Shown here: positions 59,329 to 64,000 of the stretch, piece after piece
How positions within the stretch are numbered: the stretch's first letter is position 1
Layout: every line of letters starts with the position of its first letter
Notes under the pieces: generated by a model
What the model was told of the DNA's origin: nothing
Database searches by the model: none
The model's input: the letters and a program-made list of their open reading frames with translations, nothing else
Origin: an uncultured Chthonomonadaceae bacterium
GTDB taxonomy: Bacteria; Armatimonadota; Chthonomonadetes; Chthonomonadales; Chthonomonadaceae
Direction of reading: 5' to 3'
DNA length: 64,000 nt
NCBI GenBank assembly: GCA_963817895.1
Contig: CAWFQB010000002.1
Coordinates: forward strand, 544,001 to 608,000
Translations under genes and position numbers: made by a program

Positions 59329-59483
59329 CGGGTAGGCTCCGGTGAGGCACGTTGGTAGTTTGGTAGGTTGTTAGTTGTCAAGTTGTTAGGGCTTAAGAAG
59401 TTTTTGCTCTTGTTTCAGGATACCCTATTTATGCGTGGGCGGTTCCCGTTGCGACATGAGAAATGGCCGCTTCTTTACATTTA

Positions 59484-60781
59484 GGGACTCTCTAGAATTA
59501 AGTTGTTCCATTAGCAACGGTGTCAGGTCGTATCTCAACGAACCACTTGTCCAAGCCAGGTAGTCGGCGCACCTGAGTTTCCAGGGCTTGCATAGCTTTT
59601 TGGCTCAACTTCACGCCGATGGGATAGGTCTGTTCTATCAATTGGACGCTCGGAGGCTTGCCTTTCCAGGTCATGGAGCGGGCAAACTTGACCACGGCAT
59701 CTACACTGTCGAGCCAGTCGCCGTTCCAGTGGTTTTCCAAGACGCCCCAACAGCGTTCCACAGGATTGTACTTGCTGTGGTAAGGCGGATAGTACGCCAG
59801 TTGCACACTCAATCCCGTTTGCTGGACGAACTGCACCAGCCGATGCAGGAACTGTGTGCGCCGACTATGACACTCCGGCCCGTTGTCAAGGTTGAGGTGC
59901 AGCGTCGTGATGTGCGCAAAGCGTTGCCGGTTGGCTTCCCACCAGTGGTGGAGAATGTCGGCCAGGCAGTCACTCGTGACCTTTGACGTGCCCGCGTACA
60001 GCGCCAGTTCGTCCTCAGACGGCAGCAGCAACCCAACGGGCGTAACCTGAGCGCTCGGGTGAAAGTCATGGTCGGCGGCATGAACTTGGACGCGGTTGTT
60101 GCCGCCACGCGAATACTCGCCTACCTTCACGGTGGCTTTGGCATCCATAGAGACCCGCAACGTGGTTGCGTCGGTGTCGGCTTGCGAGTTGACCTGGCTC
60201 AGTTTGTCAAAGATGGCGTCGGTTTCGGCAATCTTTTTTTGGGCAGGCTCTTCTGCACCTTCTTAGGATGGTAGCCCAGGCGCGTGAGGCGCGTGCGGAT
60301 ACTCTCCTCACAGGGGAGTTCGCCTTCGGTGTAGCCCTTTTGCAGGATCAGTTGCCGACGCACCTCGGCAGCCGTCAAGCGGGTATATAACCGCTGATTG
60401 CGAAACTGCGGGTCGGTCTGGCTCTGCCCATCTACAAGCGCGCGGATGTCGTCGAGCAGGTGGGGCAACCGCGCTTCGGCGGGCTTGCGTCCGCGCAGCG
60501 CCAATGCACCGGCACAGGTGACGCCGCTACGCAGTTCGTATCCACCTTTGCGCAGCGTGTCGCGGTTCCAACCCAGTTCGCGTTGCGCCAAGCGTTGTCC
60601 ACCCGCGCCAAGTTCGCGCACAATCCGCGCCATGAACAAACGGCGCGTGCTACCTTTGAGCGTATTAGCCGTCTCGATGAACACAGCCTTGAGGCTGTCG
60701 GTAAGTTCCACAGAGTAACTCCTGCATGGTAATAGCAGGTTGTTCCATGTTCTCTGGCATATTTTAATCTTTGAGAGTCCC
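59484..60781 (-). mobile_element. complete ISAzo13-family insertion sequence, 1298 bp
   Basis: Ends GGGACTCTCTAGAATTAA and (reverse complement) GGGACTCTCAAAGATTAA; TTA duplication at 59481-59483 and 60782-60784. Confidence 0.9.
59498..60711 (-). CDS. ISAzo13-family DDE transposase with -1 frameshift at A7G
   Basis: MELTDSLK..GRKP.E...SQTDPQF..LYTRLTA..VR; after the shift, ETDAIF, SMDAKA, DHDF, LDNGPE, YYPPYHSKYNPVERCWG. Confidence 0.9.
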
Positions 60782-60805
60782 TTACAGACGTGGCATAGGA
60801 CGGGC

Positions 60806-62200
60806 TTACGGTTTTGGCTTTTCGGATTCGGCCAGATGGCGCAGGGTTTCGCTGACGACGAGCATGGCGCGGCCCTGATGATAGGCTTCCGTCCATTGGT
60901 CGCTTTTGATATGGCCGGGAATGGGGGTACCGTCACGGCTGACAGTGGCATACCAGCCCCCGTAACGATTATCGGTTTGATGGGCGCGAATAAACTCCCA
61001 TTGACGCAAAAACGCCTGCCAGTAACGCGGCGTTTCCCGCCCATATTTTTCGTGCATCAGCAGCAGGGCGTTCAAGCCTTCCGCTTCCACCCACCAGATT
61101 TTGTCCGTGACAACCGGCGGGCCGAACGCCGTGCCGGAATCGTAAAAGCCGCCGTTCGTCTCGTCCCATCCATATTCCAAAGCGTGATCCACCAGTTGCC
61201 GCGCCGATTTCCACGTTTTGGCGTCCTGCCCTATGTTCAATGCCTGCGCCGCTTCCACGAGCAAAAACGCGGTTTCCACGTCATGCCCGAAGGAATCGTG
61301 GTCGGGAATGGGGCGCCATGCCGGGGTGTAAAACAGATTCATGCAGCCGGGTTCCACGACGATACGGTCACGGACAAGGGCAAACACCTCTTTCAGCCGT
61401 GTCCGTACCCCCGCATCCGGCCACACGCCATACAAAGCCGTGAGCGCTTCCAATAGATGAATGTGCGTGTTCATGGACTTGTAGCCGTAATGTGTTCCGA
61501 TGAAGTCATTAGCACCGGCATTGGCGGTGGCAGGCGGCGTTAGAATCGGCTTGCCTTCCCGCGTAAGGCTCTCGTAATAGCCGCTATTGGATTTATCGTG
61601 GGCGTGGGCTTCCAGCCAACCGTAAGCGCGTTTCGCCAGATCGAGAGCGCGAGTCTCTTTGGTTGCCTGATAACACGCCGCCGCCGCGTAAATACCGAAT
61701 GCGATGCCGTAAACATGTTTTTCGCCATCCCGTTCCGGCTGTCCGTTTTCATCCAATGCCCAGAAGAAGCCGCCGTGTTCTTTATCCCACAATTTGCTGT
61801 CCAGAAAGTCCAGTCCGTGCCGAGCGGCGTTGCGGTATGTTTCCGCCTGTTCGGGGTAGCGCATTGCAGACTGCGCGGCGATCCACGTCAGGCGCGATTG
61901 ATACACCAGTCCTTTGTCGTTCTTCGGGTCGCGCGTCCAATCCTCGCGGAAGTTCTGATAAAATCCGCCGTGTTCATTGTCAAGGGACGCGGGAAACCAT
62001 TTTGCCAGCACATGCTGCTTCAAATTGGTTTCTACATTATCAGCAAGCAGGCGGTAGTCAGCGGGGGACGGCGCGGCATCAGCAGAAAGCATTACATTGA
62101 TTCCAGTAGTTTTAATTTTGAATGGCTCTGACGCGGCAGCAGGCGAAGACAGAATGTACAGCGGCAGCGTCAACATTGACAGCAAGCAGAAATATTTCAT
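60806..62200 (-). CDS. AGE-family epimerase (cellobiose 2-epimerase-like) with signal peptide
   Basis: D.EHGGF, KHVYG.AF.IY, KSMNTHIHLLEA, SFGHDVE, KIWWVEAE, W..AYH.GRA. Confidence 0.9.
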   Translation of the reverse strand: MKYFCLLSMLTLPLYILSSPAAASEPFKIKTTGINVMLSADAAPSPADYRLLADNVETNLKQHVLAKWFPASLDNEHGGFYQNFREDWTRDPKNDKGLVYQSRLTWIAAQSAMRYPEQAETYRNAARHGLDFLDSKLWDKEHGGFFWALDENGQPERDGEKHVYGIAFGIYAAAACYQATKETRALDLAKRAYGWLEAHAHDKSNSGYYESLTREGKPILTPPATANAGANDFIGTHYGYKSMNTHIHLLEALTALYGVWPDAGVRTRLKEVFALVRDRIVVEPGCMNLFYTPAWRPIPDHDSFGHDVETAFLLVEAAQALNIGQDAKTWKSARQLVDHALEYGWDETNGGFYDSGTAFGPPVVTDKIWWVEAEGLNALLLMHEKYGRETPRYWQAFLRQWEFIRAHQTDNRYGGWYATVSRDGTPIPGHIKSDQWTEAYHQGRAMLVVSETLRHLAESEKPKP

Positions 62201-63933
62201 TTCGTTTGTTCTTCATCGCTGAGTAAAAAACGCAACTGCGGATCGTTGAGAACGGCGCTAATAGTCATTGGCTTGCCGTCCACGAGCAGGGTTTGTTTTA
62301 TCAATCGGACGCCGTGGCTGTAATCTACATACGTGTCGCGGTGTATGGTTGTCAGCGGTTGAATGGGCTTGCCGTCGAGCGTGTGCCAGCCATAAATCGC
62401 AACGTGGTTCGGGCGGGAAGTCAACAGGGGCGTCGTGACCACATCCTTCTTGATGCCCGCTACGAGCAGACCGAGCGGCTTGCCCTGTCGCTGCGTTTCG
62501 ATGATGGCGTTGTGTTCCACAAAGGTTTTCACGGCCTCGCGCTCAACTGTTAAGGGACGCGGCTCCAGTTTCAGGTCGGAATGGGCGTAGATGTCGTTGA
62601 CCATTTTGCGGGTCGGCAGGGCGCAGCCAAAACGTTCGGCAATACGGCCCGCCGTCATGGGCGTGAGCGGAACGCGGACAAAATCCTTATCATTCCCGAC
62701 CGCCAGATAGTCCGGCGTCACCTCATATTCGGCAGTATGCGTCACGCCCTTACTGTCCACGCCCGTTACGCGAATCGTCTTGAATTTGCGCAGGAATTCG
62801 GGCAGGCCGCCGGTCGTAATCTGCTGAAACAGGGTCTCTTCGCGGTCGGCAAGCGGCATGTTGGCAACATGCGCCAAAATTTCCGTCCCGCCGGACGGGG
62901 TTTGCTGTGGTTTCGGGGGCGCGGCAGGCTGTATCCAATCATTATAAGCGCGTGGCCCGCCAAACATGCCCCATGCAGTGGTGTTCTTTGTGCCGTATGT
63001 GACCGCCATGAGGAAGCCGTTCATCTCGCCCACAAGCGCGGTGTGCAGGATTTTGTTGGCCGGGTTGTTGTGAATGAGGAACAGGCAGCGCCCCTGCAAC
63101 CCCTCCCATCGCGCAAAATCGCCCTGAACCGTTTCCGCTAAAGTGACATGATGGGCAAACGTTTCCAGCATCCGATGCGTGGCGCGATACGTGCCGCCCT
63201 CCGGCCCGTTTACGAGTTTGCCGTCAAGGGTAATGTTGCGGTCATCGTAGGCAAGCGTGATTAAATGCCGCTTGCGGTTGCCGTTGAGCCATGCCAGCAG
63301 TTTGTCGCCGTGTTTGTCCGTGTCGGAATAGGAGTAGTTGGCGTCCAGAAACGCGATGCGCTCCACATACGCGGGAATGGTTTCGCCGCCGTTCAGAAAG
63401 CCGAACAGAAAACTGCCGCCCCCGCTATGCCCCGTCAGCGCAACCCGAACCGGCGCGCCCGGAACCCGTTTCAACAAACTCTCCACCAGAGCGCGAATCA
63501 GGGCGGCGTTGTCGGCATGTTTCTGCCGCCACGCGGGCCAACTTCGCCCCTCCGCCTGTACACACGCGAGAACGATATTTTCCTCTTTATCCACCTCGCG
63601 CAGCCGCCGTGTTTGCGCCGCAATATGCTGAATATCGAAATGCCAGTCCGTCCCTTTTTCCAAAGTCGAACCCATCGTCTGCTCAATCGTGTTGCCGTTC
63701 GGCGTGGCATAGATAATGAGCAGTGTCGGATGTTTCGCGTCGAATTGCGCGGCAGCAGGCGCGTTCAGCAGGATGCGGACGCCTTCCGGCGTCGTCTCTT
63801 CCAACGTCTGTTCGCCAAACCACGGACCCGCCGCAAATCCGGGCAGTTTTTGCTGAGAATGAGCGGGCATAATTCCTGCCAGCAAAAATGTGATGCTGCA
63901 AAATAGCCAGCGGGCAGTTTGTAAAGAGAGCAT
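62197..63933 (-). CDS. secreted two-domain protein: alpha/beta-hydrolase-like domain plus uncharacterised C-terminal domain
   Basis: Signal peptide; GHSGGG, FLDANY; C-terminal DYLAVG.D.DFVRVP, LPT.KMV, AGIKKD, IYGWH, YVDYSHGVRL. Confidence 0.75.
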   Translation of the reverse strand: MLSLQTARWLFCSITFLLAGIMPAHSQQKLPGFAAGPWFGEQTLEETTPEGVRILLNAPAAAQFDAKHPTLLIIYATPNGNTIEQTMGSTLEKGTDWHFDIQHIAAQTRRLREVDKEENIVLACVQAEGRSWPAWRQKHADNAALIRALVESLLKRVPGAPVRVALTGHSGGGSFLFGFLNGGETIPAYVERIAFLDANYSYSDTDKHGDKLLAWLNGNRKRHLITLAYDDRNITLDGKLVNGPEGGTYRATHRMLETFAHHVTLAETVQGDFARWEGLQGRCLFLIHNNPANKILHTALVGEMNGFLMAVTYGTKNTTAWGMFGGPRAYNDWIQPAAPPKPQQTPSGGTEILAHVANMPLADREETLFQQITTGGLPEFLRKFKTIRVTGVDSKGVTHTAEYEVTPDYLAVGNDKDFVRVPLTPMTAGRIAERFGCALPTRKMVNDIYAHSDLKLEPRPLTVEREAVKTFVEHNAIIETQRQGKPLGLLVAGIKKDVVTTPLLTSRPNHVAIYGWHTLDGKPIQPLTTIHRDTYVDYSHGVRLIKQTLLVDGKPMTISAVLNDPQLRFLLSDEEQTK

Positions 63934-64000
63934 TTTACCTCACCCCAACCCCTCTCCTTGCCGCGCAAAGCGCCAGGAGAGGGGATTTTCAGGCTAAAAC

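Noticed and set aside
4995..59390. Short repeat arrays as CRISPR
   Set aside because: Units are 6-10 nt, directly tandem, without unique spacers, and no cas genes are present.

Overview
A 64-kb, GC-rich bacterial chromosome segment. The gene set (SLH-coiled-coil-beta-barrel envelope protein, long OmpH, ECF sigma followed by a membrane-anchored partner, flagellin) suggests a diderm Terrabacterium such as Armatimonadota; this is inference only. About 50 genes: housekeeping (purN, trpE, prc, flagellin), signalling (a degenerate histidine kinase, a PdtaS/PdtaR-like GAF kinase plus ANTAR regulator, FIST plus adenylate cyclase, ECF sigma), transport (ActP-like), sugar enzymes (GH95, AGE epimerase, ThuA, DUF4015) and a duplicated SRPBCC/Zn-dehydrogenase stress cluster. 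Mobile or selfish DNA: a complete ISAzo13-family IS, a 121-bp MITE splitting a gene, a GTAG REP doublet, Uma2, Rpn and HNH genes, and many 7-10-nt tandem repeats often arranged as fold-back pairs. Several conserved genes carry single-base frameshifts that look like long-read indel errors. I found no rRNA, tRNA or CRISPR array. Best leads: (1) an ECF sigma coupled to an anti-sigma-like protein whose outer domain is a signal peptidase I with the nucleophile Ser replaced by Ala; (2) a histidine pseudokinase; (3) a FIST-adenylate cyclase pair; (4) a bacterial Clp1 RNA kinase missed by the ORF track; (5) the fold-back minisatellite family, which has entered trpE in frame; (6) structured RNA leaders before flagellin and a small ORF; (7) an internal start inside the Rpn gene. 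All family calls come from motif recognition by eye, not database searches.
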